From Bacteroidales bacterium (GTDB lineage Bacteria; Bacteroidota; Bacteroidia; Bacteroidales; UBA3663), in contig SFEH01000005.1 in the NCBI GenBank assembly GCA_004557315.1, positions 3,816 through 67,815 of the forward strand: DNA of 64,000 nucleotides, in the 5' to 3' direction. The translations under genes were made by a program, and so were the position numbers. Positions 1 to 8,699 of this stretch are shown one piece after another. Under the pieces are notes generated by a model that saw only the letters and a list, made by a program, of their open reading frames with translations, was not told the origin of the DNA and did no database searches. Each line of letters starts with the position of its first letter. Within the stretch, counting starts at the first letter, position 1.

Positions 1-250
1 CCTCGAACACCGTGCGATGGTCTTCGGTCATGAGGTGCTGAGGCAGGTAGCAGATGGTGCAGTCCTTGGGTGCAGAGACTGTGCCTCGGGTGGCTTGCCT
101 TACGCCGGCAAGGATCTTGAGCAAGGTCGATTTGCCAGCACCATTCTTGCCCATCAGTGCGATGCGGTCTTTCTCGTTGATTACAAACGAAATGTCCTTA
201 AACAGAGTCGTTCCTCCAAATTCGACTGTCAGTCCGTCAATACTTACCAT
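1..250 (-). CDS. ABC-F family ATP-binding protein, N-terminal part only (gene runs off window start)
   Basis: Own reverse translation from ATG (complement of 248-250): MVSIDGLTVEFGGTTLFKDISFVINEKDRIALMGKNGAGKSTLLKILAG...; Walker A GKNGAGKST. Not in the ORF track because it has no stop inside the window. Confidence 0.8.
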   Translation of the reverse strand, partial: MVSIDGLTVEFGGTTLFKDISFVINEKDRIALMGKNGAGKSTLLKILAGVRQATRGTVSAPKDCTICYLPQHLMTEDHRTVFE

Positions 251-581
251 TTATGAAATATTTATGTGTTATTTGTCAATAATTTTGTGCGCAAAGGTAA
301 GTATAATTTTTCTCTTTTCCAATTTTCAAAATACTATTCTTTTGGCAAAATTTTGAATGAAAATTGTATATTTTGAGCGAGAGATGGCAAAATCGTGCGA
401 AATTCGACTTTTTTATTGAAGAAAATTTGTCGGAAATAAATAAATTCATAACTTTGTGCGACAATTTGCATGGTTTTATTGTCAATATGCAAGCAAAATA
501 CACCTTTCAGTTGCATATTTTTAAGGTGTTTTTTTATTCAGGTTGAGACGTTATAATTCAGATTTAAAACATATCATTAAA

Positions 582-2150
582 ATGAAAAAGTATTTGTTGA
601 CTGTTTTGGCAATGGCTTGCCTCAACAGCTATGCGCAGAACGCATTGTCCGACGAACTCGCTTTTCGTCTGAAGGACGAGGCTTTCGCCAATTCGAAGAT
701 GGAGGAACTCGCACAGTTTATGACCGATGAACTTGGTTCGCGCCTTGCGGCTTCGCAGCAGAAGCTCCGCTCGGAGAAGCTTGTGGTCGAGAAGCTTGCT
801 GACCTTGGCTTGAGCAATCCTCGCGCTGAAAAGGCAATGGATTTTGCCAAAGGCGGATGGGATAATCAGAAGAATTACGTGGCTATGACTGCTCCTTATT
901 ACTGCAGTTTCGCAGCCAATCCAAAGGCTTGGTCAGGCAGCACCAACGGCTTGGTGAAGGGTGAGGTTGTCTTGATCGACAATCCACAGAGCGAGGAAGA
1001 CATTGAGAACCTTCGTGGCAAGCTCGCTGGCAAGATTATCCTGATGCCTGTGACCCAGCATTATGAGGTATCGTTCGAGCCTCTTGCCTATCGCTATACC
1101 GATGAGGAACTTGCTGCTATGGAGACAGATGCGCGTCCTGGTCGTCACAACTATCGTCGTCAGCAAGGTGGTGGTGCCTATGTGATGCCTTCCCGCGAGC
1201 AGATGATGAAGATGCGCGAGTTGCAGCAGAAACTCTCGAAGATGATCCAGGAAGAAGGTGCACTTGCCATTGTAAATACACGAGGCACATTCAATGTAGT
1301 GAGCGGCACTGGCGTGCAGTATAAGTCGGGCGATCCAGAGCCGACTCCAGAGATCATGGTTCCACTTGAGGATGGCGGACGCATGGCTCGTCTCATCAAG
1401 CGTGGCGAGAAGGTGGAGATGGAGCTTGACATCAAGAACGTCTTTACCGACAATAAGCAGATCAACAACGTATATGCCGAAATCCCGGGCACTGACCCTA
1501 AACTCAAGGATCAGATTGTGCTCATCGGTGCTCACCTCGATTCATGGCATGGCGGAACTGGTGCAGCCGACAACTCATCGGGCTGTGTAGTCATGATGGA
1601 GGCAATGCGCATCATCAAGGCTCTCGGTGTTTCTCCTCGCCGCACTATCCGCATCGCTCTCTGGGGTGGTGAGGAACAGGGTCTCTATGGTTCGCGTGGC
1701 TACCTTGAGAACTACCTCTACGACCGCAAGAACGACAAGAAGCTGCCTGGTTACGACAAGTTCGCTCTCTATCTCAACATGGACAATGGTTCAGGCCGTT
1801 TCCGTGGCATCTATCTTGAGCAGAACGACATGGCTTTCCCATATTTCAAGGAATGGATGAAGGGCATCGAGACTCTTGGTTTCAAGACCCTCTCTCCTCG
1901 TCAGACAGGCAGCACTGACCATGTCACCTTCGACCGTGTGGGTCTTCCTGCTTTCCAGTTCATCCAGGATGAGCTCGAGTATGACCGCACCTACCACACA
2001 ACAATGGATACCTACGAGCGTCTCTCCATTGCCGACCTCAAGCTCGATGCAGCTATGGTGGCATGGATTGCCTTGAGCGCTGCCAACGACAATGGCCGCA
2101 TCCCATTCAAGCCAGGCTATCCAAAGAAGGATCAGGGCCGTCCATTCTGA
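582..2150 (+). CDS. M28 family metallopeptidase (secreted aminopeptidase-like)
   Basis: Signal peptide MKKYLLTVLAMACLNSYAQ. M28 metal-ligand blocks HLDSWHGGTGAADNSSG and ALWGGEEQGLYGSRGY. ATG at 582 preferred over the TTG at 543 used by the track. Confidence 0.9.
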   Translation: MKKYLLTVLAMACLNSYAQNALSDELAFRLKDEAFANSKMEELAQFMTDELGSRLAASQQKLRSEKLVVEKLADLGLSNPRAEKAMDFAKGGWDNQKNYVAMTAPYYCSFAANPKAWSGSTNGLVKGEVVLIDNPQSEEDIENLRGKLAGKIILMPVTQHYEVSFEPLAYRYTDEELAAMETDARPGRHNYRRQQGGGAYVMPSREQMMKMRELQQKLSKMIQEEGALAIVNTRGTFNVVSGTGVQYKSGDPEPTPEIMVPLEDGGRMARLIKRGEKVEMELDIKNVFTDNKQINNVYAEIPGTDPKLKDQIVLIGAHLDSWHGGTGAADNSSGCVVMMEAMRIIKALGVSPRRTIRIALWGGEEQGLYGSRGYLENYLYDRKNDKKLPGYDKFALYLNMDNGSGRFRGIYLEQNDMAFPYFKEWMKGIETLGFKTLSPRQTGSTDHVTFDRVGLPAFQFIQDELEYDRTYHTTMDTYERLSIADLKLDAAMVAWIALSAANDNGRIPFKPGYPKKDQGRPF

Positions 2151-2182
2151 TAAAAGACTCCCAAAAAACTTATTGAATAACG

Positions 2183-2220
2183 ATAAATGCCGGGAAAAAG
2201 AGATTTTTTTCGGCATTTAT
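2183..2220 (+). terminator. Hairpin after the M28 peptidase gene (possible terminator)
   Basis: Perfect 10-bp stem ataaatgccg (2183-2192) / cggcatttat (2211-2220) with an 18-nt loop. The T-run is not immediately adjacent, so this is a weak call. Confidence 0.35.
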
Positions 2221-2265
2221 TATGCCTTTTTTGCCATTCATATTCTATTATTCAAACAAATTTCC

Positions 2266-2273
2266 TATCTTTG
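2266..2273 (+). promoter_or_regulatory. Bacteroidota -7 promoter box TATCTTTG
   Basis: Matches the TAnnTTTG consensus, about 40 nt upstream of the ATG at 2314. Confidence 0.55.
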
Positions 2274-2313
2274 CACCATCCTTATGGACTTTCAATTCGA
2301 GAAACAGAAACAG

Positions 2314-3456
2314 ATGAAAACAATTAAAGCGCTTTTTATATTAATAATCTCACTTTACTCTGTTGCCTCTTGCAGCAAGTCAGATAGTGAAGGAAATGCT
2401 CGGGACGCTTACAACGTCTCTGGTTCGATATTTCAGGATTCTGCATCGGCCGGTGCGGAGCTCCGTCTGTTTGTCGATAAGCATGGCAGCTTCGAAGAGG
2501 TGACTCTGCCTGTGCTCAAGGGAAAGTTTGCCTATAAGGGAAGCACGTTGGGAACCGATGAGCTGTTCCTGGTTGACGATAAAGGAAATGTGGTGAGTTT
2601 CTTTGCCAAGGCGGGCTCACAGATTGACCTGGCCATCGACTCGTTAGGACAAGTCGTGTTCGGTGGTGCGGATTCGCTCAATATGATGTATTCGCAGCTT
2701 GTTGCGCAATTTGAGGAATGTGACGACAGCCAGCGAGGTGACTTCCTCGACTCGGTTTGCTCTACTTATCGCACGTCGATCGTTCCGGCTCTCCTGATTC
2801 GTGACCGTATGCAGCTTCTCAACGACTCTGTGAGACTTCGCCAGTGCCTCGGCAGGATAACCGACGAAGGCAAGCCTCAATGGCTTGTCAATAGCCTCGA
2901 GCAGCGCTTTGACAATGGCGGAAAGAAGATGAAGAGAAACCTCCGCCTCAATCCGTTGCCAAAATTCGGTACTGACAATGATACGGTATTTGTCAATTTC
3001 ACCGAGACAAGGCAGAACTCCATGTATATCTATTTCTGGGCCGACTATAGCCAGGAGTCGGTCGATTCGCTCAAGATGCTCGTGCCTATGGCAAAGTATT
3101 ACGGCTTGCACAAATATCTCGACGAATATGTGAAGAAGGAAAAGAAACGCCGTCCGAAGCGTGTTGACATCATGACAGTGTGCCTTCATGCTGCCGACAG
3201 TGCTGCATGGAAGAAGGCCATCGACAAGCTCCCCGGCTACCATGTGCTGCTGCAGTCGGGCTTCAGCGATCCTACCATGAAGTCGTGGAAGATCACTACA
3301 GTCCCATATAACATCATCACCGACCGATTCAGTAATATTCAAGATAGTTACCTGTGGGGAAAAGACCTGCGCGATGCGCTGGAAAAGACCCCGTCTAATT
3401 TTTCAGTTAAGCTAAATGGTAGTAAAAACAGTGTCAGCCGCACTGCAAGGCATTGA
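2314..3456 (+). CDS. Lipoprotein with TlpA-like thioredoxin fold lacking the CxxC active site
   Basis: Lipobox in MKTIKALFILIISLYSVASC. C-terminal layout resembles TlpA/ResA-type proteins (MYIYFWADYSQES...WKITTVPYNIITD), but the WCxxC position reads DYSQ. Alternative start at 2284. Confidence 0.75.
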   Translation: MKTIKALFILIISLYSVASCSKSDSEGNARDAYNVSGSIFQDSASAGAELRLFVDKHGSFEEVTLPVLKGKFAYKGSTLGTDELFLVDDKGNVVSFFAKAGSQIDLAIDSLGQVVFGGADSLNMMYSQLVAQFEECDDSQRGDFLDSVCSTYRTSIVPALLIRDRMQLLNDSVRLRQCLGRITDEGKPQWLVNSLEQRFDNGGKKMKRNLRLNPLPKFGTDNDTVFVNFTETRQNSMYIYFWADYSQESVDSLKMLVPMAKYYGLHKYLDEYVKKEKKRRPKRVDIMTVCLHAADSAAWKKAIDKLPGYHVLLQSGFSDPTMKSWKITTVPYNIITDRFSNIQDSYLWGKDLRDALEKTPSNFSVKLNGSKNSVSRTARH

Positions 3457-4951
3457 TGCTACTCCTGTTTATTGTGAGACATCAGCCTCTTTAGGCTGCC
3501 GAATAATCATGATCGGGTTACCAGACACGGCAGTAAAAGAGAGCAGAGACAGAATTGAGAGTGCGTTTCGTGAGGCGGGATTGCGTTTCCCGCGTCATCA
3601 GATTACCATCAACCTTGCGCCTGCCGATGTGCGCAAGGAGGGTTCGCTGTATGACGTGCCCATTGCCGTGGCCATAATGGCTGTAGGTCAGATAATCAAG
3701 ACCGACAAGATCAACGACTACATGATGGTCGGCGAATTGTCGCTCGATGGCTGTGTCAAGACCGTGAAGGGTTGCCTCCCCTTTGCAATCCTTGCACGCG
3801 AGATGAAGATGAAAGGCATCATCGTGCCACGCGAAAATGCACGCGAGGCTGCTGTGGTCAATAATCTCGAAGTGCTTGTGGCAGACAACCTTCAAAATAT
3901 TATAGACTTCATGAACGGCAAGTCGGAACTCGAGCGCGTTGAGGTCAATACCCGCCAGCTCTTCTATGCTGCCGAAAACAACTTCACAGCCGACTTTGCC
4001 GATGTCAAGGGGCAGAATGCCGTGAAACGCGCTTTTGCCATTGCTGCCAGTGGCGGACACAACCTCATCATGGTGGGTCCTCCAGGTGCGGGCAAGAGCA
4101 TGATGGCAAAATGCCTGCCTTCCATCCTTCCTCCGCTGTCGCTTTCCGAAGCCCTTGAGACCACCAAGATACATTCGGTAGCCGGATTGAGATCAGCCTC
4201 TGGTCTCATCACCCAGCGCCCTTTCCGATCGCCCCATCACTCGATATCAAGTGCTGCATTGATTGGTGGCGGTCAGAACCCTATGCCAGGAGAAGTGTCG
4301 CTTGCTCACAACGGAACGCTCTATCTTGATGAGCTTCCCGAGTTTTCGAGAAGCGTGCTCGAAGTGCTGCGACAGCCTCTTGAAGACAGACAGATCACTA
4401 TAGCCCGTGCCAAGAACACCGTCGTCTATCCTTCGTCGGTCATGCTAGTCGCAAGCATGAACCCCTGCCCTTGCGGCTATTATACTCATCCCACCAAGCA
4501 GTGTACATGTACGGCTATGCAGGTGCAGAAATATCTTGGCAGGATCTCTGGCCCTTTGCTCGACCGGATAGATCTGCAGATTGAAATAGCGCCACTGTCG
4601 TTTGATGAGATGAGCCAGACGACGGCAAGCGAGCCGAGCACGGCAATCCGTGAACGTGTGGTGAAGGCAAGGCAGAGGCAAGAAGAAAGGTACAGGGATC
4701 ATCCGCTGATTCACTGCAACGCGCAGATGACCTCTGCACAGATCCGCGAATACTGTCAGCTCGATGACAGGTCGATGAGGGTGCTCCGTAACGCAATGTC
4801 CAAGCTCGACCTCTCTGCTCGTGCCTACGACCGCATACTCAAGGTGGCACGCACGATAGCCGACTACGAGGGTCTCGACCAGATAACATCGACACACATA
4901 GCCGAGGCCATCTCCTATCGCAACCTTGATAGGACCAATAGAGGATATTGA
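3416..4951 (+). CDS. yifB: YifB/ComM family Mg-chelatase-like AAA ATPase
   Basis: N-terminus MVVKTVSAALQGIDA..., Walker A GPPGAGKS, MNPCPCGY cysteine block, C-terminal ARAYDRILKVARTIAD. Overlaps the upstream gene by 41 nt. Confidence 0.92.
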   Translation: MVVKTVSAALQGIDATPVYCETSASLGCRIIMIGLPDTAVKESRDRIESAFREAGLRFPRHQITINLAPADVRKEGSLYDVPIAVAIMAVGQIIKTDKINDYMMVGELSLDGCVKTVKGCLPFAILAREMKMKGIIVPRENAREAAVVNNLEVLVADNLQNIIDFMNGKSELERVEVNTRQLFYAAENNFTADFADVKGQNAVKRAFAIAASGGHNLIMVGPPGAGKSMMAKCLPSILPPLSLSEALETTKIHSVAGLRSASGLITQRPFRSPHHSISSAALIGGGQNPMPGEVSLAHNGTLYLDELPEFSRSVLEVLRQPLEDRQITIARAKNTVVYPSSVMLVASMNPCPCGYYTHPTKQCTCTAMQVQKYLGRISGPLLDRIDLQIEIAPLSFDEMSQTTASEPSTAIRERVVKARQRQEERYRDHPLIHCNAQMTSAQIREYCQLDDRSMRVLRNAMSKLDLSARAYDRILKVARTIADYEGLDQITSTHIAEAISYRNLDRTNRGY

Positions 4952-4976
4952 TAAAGAATATCAAAGTGAATGCAAG

Positions 4977-5019
4977 AAGGGCAGTTCTCTGTGAAGAGAG
5001 CTGCCCTTTTTCTTTTTTT
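4977..5019 (+). terminator. Rho-independent terminator after yifB (may also serve the convergent peptidase gene)
   Basis: Stem aagggcagttctct / agagagctgccctt with one mismatch, followed by tttttcttttttt. Confidence 0.7.
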
Positions 5020-5073
5020 GTGAAAGACTGAATGGATAAGGTGATGCTTTTTTTTTTTACCACCCTTGAATCA

Positions 5074-6252
5074 TTATAATCCTAACTTTTTCTTCAATGC
5101 CTTTGGAAGTGCGTCCTTGTGAACCATGACGTAGATGGTCTTGGCGCGAACGAAGCTCTCGGACATGTTGAGATAGCCGCCGTTGCTGTTGCGCTCTGTG
5201 CCCCAAGAGTTCTTGGTGATGTAGTATTTTGTGCCGTTCTGATCCTTCACGATGCCTGTGATGTGCATGAGGTGGTCGTCGGTGGTGACGAATGACTCAT
5301 AGCCCTGCTGACGGATCTCCTGGGTGACGTTGATCTCTGGACATGGAGCTTCGAACTTGAATGCTTCTTCCTTAAGCTGCTGTGGAGTCATGTTCTCGAA
5401 ACGGGCGCGATCGGAGCCTGAATAATCCTCTACCTTCTCGAGCTGTGGATTGATGGCAACGCCATTCTTGTGGCTGAATCCCTTCTCGCTCACATCGCCA
5501 TCCCAGCATACCGAATAGCCATTGTCGATGGCATGGTCGATGACTTCCATCATCTCATCGAGTGGCACGTTATACTGCTGGAAGCCCTCCCAGTTGTCAT
5601 GAACCTCCACCGCGAATGGCTGGTAGAATGGCTTATGGCTGAAGCTTGTGATCTCGACATAGTCGTCCATGTTGAGTCCAAGGCTCTCGGCAAATGTCTT
5701 TGCTGTGTATTCCTTGCCATTGTATTTGAATGTCTCTGGCAGCGGACCTAGATAGATATCGAACACACTGTTGAGAAGCTTGTAATATTCTGGCGAACGC
5801 TTCTTGAGCTTGACCGCTGTCTGTGCGATGGCATTGACATACTGGTTGAACTCTCCGTGGTTGTGATGGTCGGAGTTGTAGTTGATGCCTGTATAGACCT
5901 CCTCTGGCACGATGCCCACCTGCCTATAGGCGTTCATCCATGTGTGAGAAAGACTGCCCTGTCCGACGTTTCCTCGTCCACGACGCAGGTAATTGTCTTC
6001 TGCCTGATTGAAGTACTTCTGGCGCACGATAAACATCTCTGAAAGGTCGTATTCGCCCTTGCCCATGCGGAGCAGCTCTGTCTCCATGAACGATGTTGTG
6101 GCGAAGCACCAGCACGTGCCTGTCGAGGCCTGGTTCTTGACTGGTGTTGTCTTGATGGATTTGACTGTGGTGAACTGATAGCCCGATTCCTGGGCATTCA
6201 TTCCTGCTGCCCCTGCCATGAGGAGTGCAGTAAGCAATAAAGTTTTTTTCAT
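5074..6252 (-). CDS. C1 family cysteine peptidase (PepC/bleomycin-hydrolase-like, with signal peptide)
   Basis: MKKTLLLTALLMAGAAGMNAQ signal. Catalytic Cys block QASTGTCWCFATTSFME. ATG at 6252 chosen over the longer track ORF. Confidence 0.88.
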   Translation of the reverse strand: MKKTLLLTALLMAGAAGMNAQESGYQFTTVKSIKTTPVKNQASTGTCWCFATTSFMETELLRMGKGEYDLSEMFIVRQKYFNQAEDNYLRRGRGNVGQGSLSHTWMNAYRQVGIVPEEVYTGINYNSDHHNHGEFNQYVNAIAQTAVKLKKRSPEYYKLLNSVFDIYLGPLPETFKYNGKEYTAKTFAESLGLNMDDYVEITSFSHKPFYQPFAVEVHDNWEGFQQYNVPLDEMMEVIDHAIDNGYSVCWDGDVSEKGFSHKNGVAINPQLEKVEDYSGSDRARFENMTPQQLKEEAFKFEAPCPEINVTQEIRQQGYESFVTTDDHLMHITGIVKDQNGTKYYITKNSWGTERNSNGGYLNMSESFVRAKTIYVMVHKDALPKALKKKLGL

Positions 6253-6291
6253 TGTGTTGTATTTTAGGATATTATATTCTTGTTTGATCTG

Positions 6292-6299
6292 CAAATTTA
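6292..6299 (-). promoter_or_regulatory. -7 box TAAATTTG (minus strand) for the C1 peptidase gene
   Basis: Reverse complement of caaattta. Lies 40 nt upstream of the ATG at 6252. Confidence 0.5.
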
Positions 6300-6414
6300 G
6301 AGTTTTTTGATCAATATGCAACAATTATCGACTAATATTTGAATTCTTCCATGTTATTTACTCCTTTTCTGCATATTTTTCCATTTTTAATAAATAATAT
6401 TTGAGAAAAATCAT

Positions 6415-6422
6415 TATTTTTG
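6415..6422 (+). promoter_or_regulatory. -7 box TATTTTTG for the GT2 gene
   Basis: TAnnTTTG match 33 nt upstream of the ATG at 6455. Confidence 0.5.
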
Positions 6423-6454
6423 CATCTGCTTATCCTTTAATAATATCTTTCAAT

Positions 6455-7483
6455 ATGCGCGAGGTCATCTCTGTCATTATTCCTGCCTATAATTCTGAAA
6501 GTACGCTCGAATCCTGTGTTGCGAGTGTGCTCGATCAGACATATCGTGAGACGGAGATCGTCATAGTAGATGATGGATCGGTCGATGGCACACTGAAGAT
6601 GGGAAATCGATTGTCCTCTATTTATAATAATGTCAGAGTGGAGAGCATCAAGCACGCTGGCCCATCTGCTGCCCGCAATGCTGGGTTACGATTGGCGCGA
6701 GGAAGATACATTGCATTTGTTGATAGTGACGATAGGATCCATCCTGAATACCTTGCGACACTTCACTCTTTGATGTTGGAACACGGGGCTGATATCTCGG
6801 CAGTCACATATCAGATGGTGGCCGATAACAAGCATTCTGCTTCAAACACGCTTTCTGCTTCAAATAAGCCTTCTGCCTACAAGCAGCTTTGTGCGAATGA
6901 TTCGAAGGCAGATGTCAGGGTTTATTCGTCGGCAGAGGCTGTTGCAGACTTGCTTTATCAGAAGCATCTTGACTCTTCACAGTGCTGCAAGCTGTTTAGA
7001 CGGAAGCTTATTGAGGGACACTATTTCCCTGAAGATTGCCGAGTATATGAGGACTTGCTCTTCGTCTATCAAGCGTTCTGTAGGAGCGAGAAAATTGTTT
7101 GGACTGACAAACAGATGTACTACTATCACAAGACAGCCGATGGACAGATGGATAGCGTTTCGCCTTGCGTCACTGATGCCTTCGAGGTCATGGAGCGTAT
7201 CCGAAAGGACTTGTCAAGCCGCTACCCTACTCTATCTCATGCCATCGACAATCGCACAATCAGCGTGTCGTTCAATATCCTTAAGCTGATGGCTGTTTCA
7301 CATGAAACACGTCACGACGAGGGCATCGAACATCGTTGCTGGGACAATATTCGCTCATTGCGTTTTGCAAATTTCTTTGATCCAAACGTGAGGATTAAAA
7401 ACAAGGTTGGTGTCCTCCTCTCCCTTTTCGGATGTCGCTTCACAATGTCGGTTTTCTCGATAGTTGCCTGTTCTCGCAGATGA
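6455..7483 (+). CDS. Family 2 glycosyltransferase
   Basis: VISVIIPAYNSESTLESCVASVLDQTY..EIVIVDDGSVDGT and the FVDSDD DxD motif. Confidence 0.88.
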   Translation: MREVISVIIPAYNSESTLESCVASVLDQTYRETEIVIVDDGSVDGTLKMGNRLSSIYNNVRVESIKHAGPSAARNAGLRLARGRYIAFVDSDDRIHPEYLATLHSLMLEHGADISAVTYQMVADNKHSASNTLSASNKPSAYKQLCANDSKADVRVYSSAEAVADLLYQKHLDSSQCCKLFRRKLIEGHYFPEDCRVYEDLLFVYQAFCRSEKIVWTDKQMYYYHKTADGQMDSVSPCVTDAFEVMERIRKDLSSRYPTLSHAIDNRTISVSFNILKLMAVSHETRHDEGIEHRCWDNIRSLRFANFFDPNVRIKNKVGVLLSLFGCRFTMSVFSIVACSRR

Positions 7484-7728
7484 GCAGAAGCGAGACAATT
7501 ATTTCGATTACTATCATTGCTGCAGCTACGATATGAGGTGGATAGATAAGTCCGACACAAAGGGATGACAATCGGGATTACGACAGACAGCACTATGTAT
7601 GATTTGTTTCATCGTGCAGTCGAGTTTCAGTTCTTTTAAGTGTTCCGTAATTTTTGATTTGTGAAATATTTCTCCTATAATTGGTGCCTGTTTCACGTGG
7701 AACAATGATATATCCCTCTATATATTCA

Positions 7729-7783
7729 GAATCGTTCAAGAATCGTTCAAGAATCGTTCAAGAATCGTTTAAGAATCGTTTAA
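7729..7783. repeat. Tandem repeat, 11-bp unit x5 (gaatcgttcaa x3, gaatcgtttaa x2)
   Basis: Read directly; the units abut with no spacer. It sits just downstream (minus sense) of the tRNA-Ser terminator. Confidence 0.95.
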
Positions 7784-7822
7784 GAAAAGAAAAAGGCCGA
7801 AGTCGTTTAAGCTTCAGCCTTT
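7784..7822 (-). terminator. Rho-independent terminator of tRNA-Ser
   Basis: On the minus strand, aaaggctgaag / cttcggccttt form an 11-bp stem with one G-U, followed by ttcttttc. The wobble pairs only on the minus-strand RNA. Confidence 0.7.
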
Positions 7823-7845
7823 CCTTTGTGATTGCGTGTTCGAAG

Positions 7846-7932
7846 CGGAAAGAGGGGGATTCGAACCCCCGGTACAGTCACCCGTACACTGCATTTCGAG
7901 TGCAGCGCGTTCGACCACTCCGCCATCTTTCC
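7846..7932 (-). tRNA. tRNA-Ser (anticodon CGA), class II with long variable arm, no encoded CCA
   Basis: Minus strand: GGAAAGA-TG-GCGGAGTGGTCGAACGC-G-CTGCA CTCGAAA TGCAG-TGTACGGGTGACTGTACC-GGGGGTTCGAATCCCCC-TCTTTCC-G. Has acceptor, anticodon and T stems, a GTTCGAATC T-loop, and discriminator G. Confidence 0.93.
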
Positions 7933-8040
7933 TCGTCATATTGTTCGATTCAGCGTGGCAAATTTACTAATTATTTCGATAGGTTGTGCAAAAGTTATTA
8001 AAAATTTTTCAAAAAAAGTTCAGTTATGAAATAAAATGCC

Positions 8041-8048
8041 TAATTTTG
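8041..8048 (+). promoter_or_regulatory. -7 box TAATTTTG
   Basis: TAnnTTTG match upstream of the membrane protein gene at 8118. Confidence 0.45.
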
Positions 8049-8117
8049 CAGTGTCTTTTATAGACAAAGTGGGTGTTAATCGTTATTAGTTTGACAATCT
8101 TTAATATCACAATCACT

Positions 8118-8690
8118 ATGCATCATTTCATCAGTTTCATCCTTCGCATTGCTTATGCGGCAGTGTTCGGTGTCATTCTTCTGTGGCACACAGGCGACAT
8201 CATCAAGTATATTCCACAGTTGCTCGGCGGTCTTTTGTTGTTTGAGTGTGTTGCCCAATTGTTGGAATTGTTTGTCCTGAAGACAAAGACAAAAGTGCAT
8301 GGAGGCTTCTTTATCGTGCCTGCTTCGATCATGCTCTATGGCTTGTTCCTTGTGTTCTTCTGCAACCTTCCGCTCAATATCAACCTGAACGAATTTGCAT
8401 CGAGTCTTGGAACGATGATTGCCCTGAAGATCGAGCTTAAGATTGGCGGGTTCTGCTTCCTTGCTTTCGTGTTGTCTGAACTCGCGATTTCGGCTGTCTT
8501 CTTCAAGCCGCTTTATCAGCCAAAGAAGTTTGCCGAGGAGCAGGCAAAGATACGCGAGGCTCAGCGAGTGCTCGAAGAAGAGCGTACGCGCCAAGCTTAT
8601 GAGGAGGCTGCAAGAGCTGCAGACTTGGCGGAAAAAGAAGCAGCAAAGACAGTTCAAACTGCCAATGCTGCTGATAAGCCAGAGGGATAA
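8118..8690 (+). CDS. Hypothetical multi-pass membrane protein with Ala/Glu-rich C-terminal tail
   Basis: ATG at 8118 (MHHFISFILRIAYAAVFGVILLW). About five hydrophobic segments, then a charged tail KFAEEQAKIREAQRVLEEERTRQAYEEAARAADLAEKEAAK. No family recognised. Confidence 0.65.
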   Translation: MHHFISFILRIAYAAVFGVILLWHTGDIIKYIPQLLGGLLLFECVAQLLELFVLKTKTKVHGGFFIVPASIMLYGLFLVFFCNLPLNINLNEFASSLGTMIALKIELKIGGFCFLAFVLSELAISAVFFKPLYQPKKFAEEQAKIREAQRVLEEERTRQAYEEAARAADLAEKEAAKTVQTANAADKPEG

Positions 8691-8699
8691 AACCCTGCT

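Noticed and set aside
500-536. Hairpin acacctt/aaggtgt plus T7 upstream of the M28 peptidase gene, using the same word as the E-family arms
   Set aside because: The stem is only 7 bp with a 16-nt loop and there are no tandem octamers. It is too weak to call as a terminator, an sRNA end or a family member.
543-581. N-terminal extensions in the ORF track (also at 2092, 5074-6324, 11438-13510, 21145, 28863, 49675-51066, 50903-52072)
   Set aside because: The extensions start at TTG/GTG or at far-upstream ATGs and run through promoter and intergenic sequence. Internal ATGs give canonical signal peptides or family N-termini and were used instead.
7484-7611. Small minus-strand ORFs downstream of the GT2 gene (28 aa MKQIIHSAVCRNPDCHPFVSDLSIHLIS; 93-aa track ORF 7312-7593)
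   Set aside because: The 93-aa ORF largely overlaps the GT2 gene antisense. The 28-aa ORF has no promoter box or other support, so there is not enough evidence.
7690-7706. 17-nt exact match gtttcacgtggaacaat shared with 11857-11873 (inside mnmG)
   Set aside because: For a 64-kb window read on both strands, roughly 0.2-0.5 such 17-mer coincidences are expected by chance. One copy is ordinary coding sequence. CACGTG-containing words are not obviously over-represented.
7681-8029. Two plus-strand ORFs (106 aa and 65 aa)
   Set aside because: They translate the 11-bp tandem repeat and the antisense strand of tRNA-Ser, so they are not coding.
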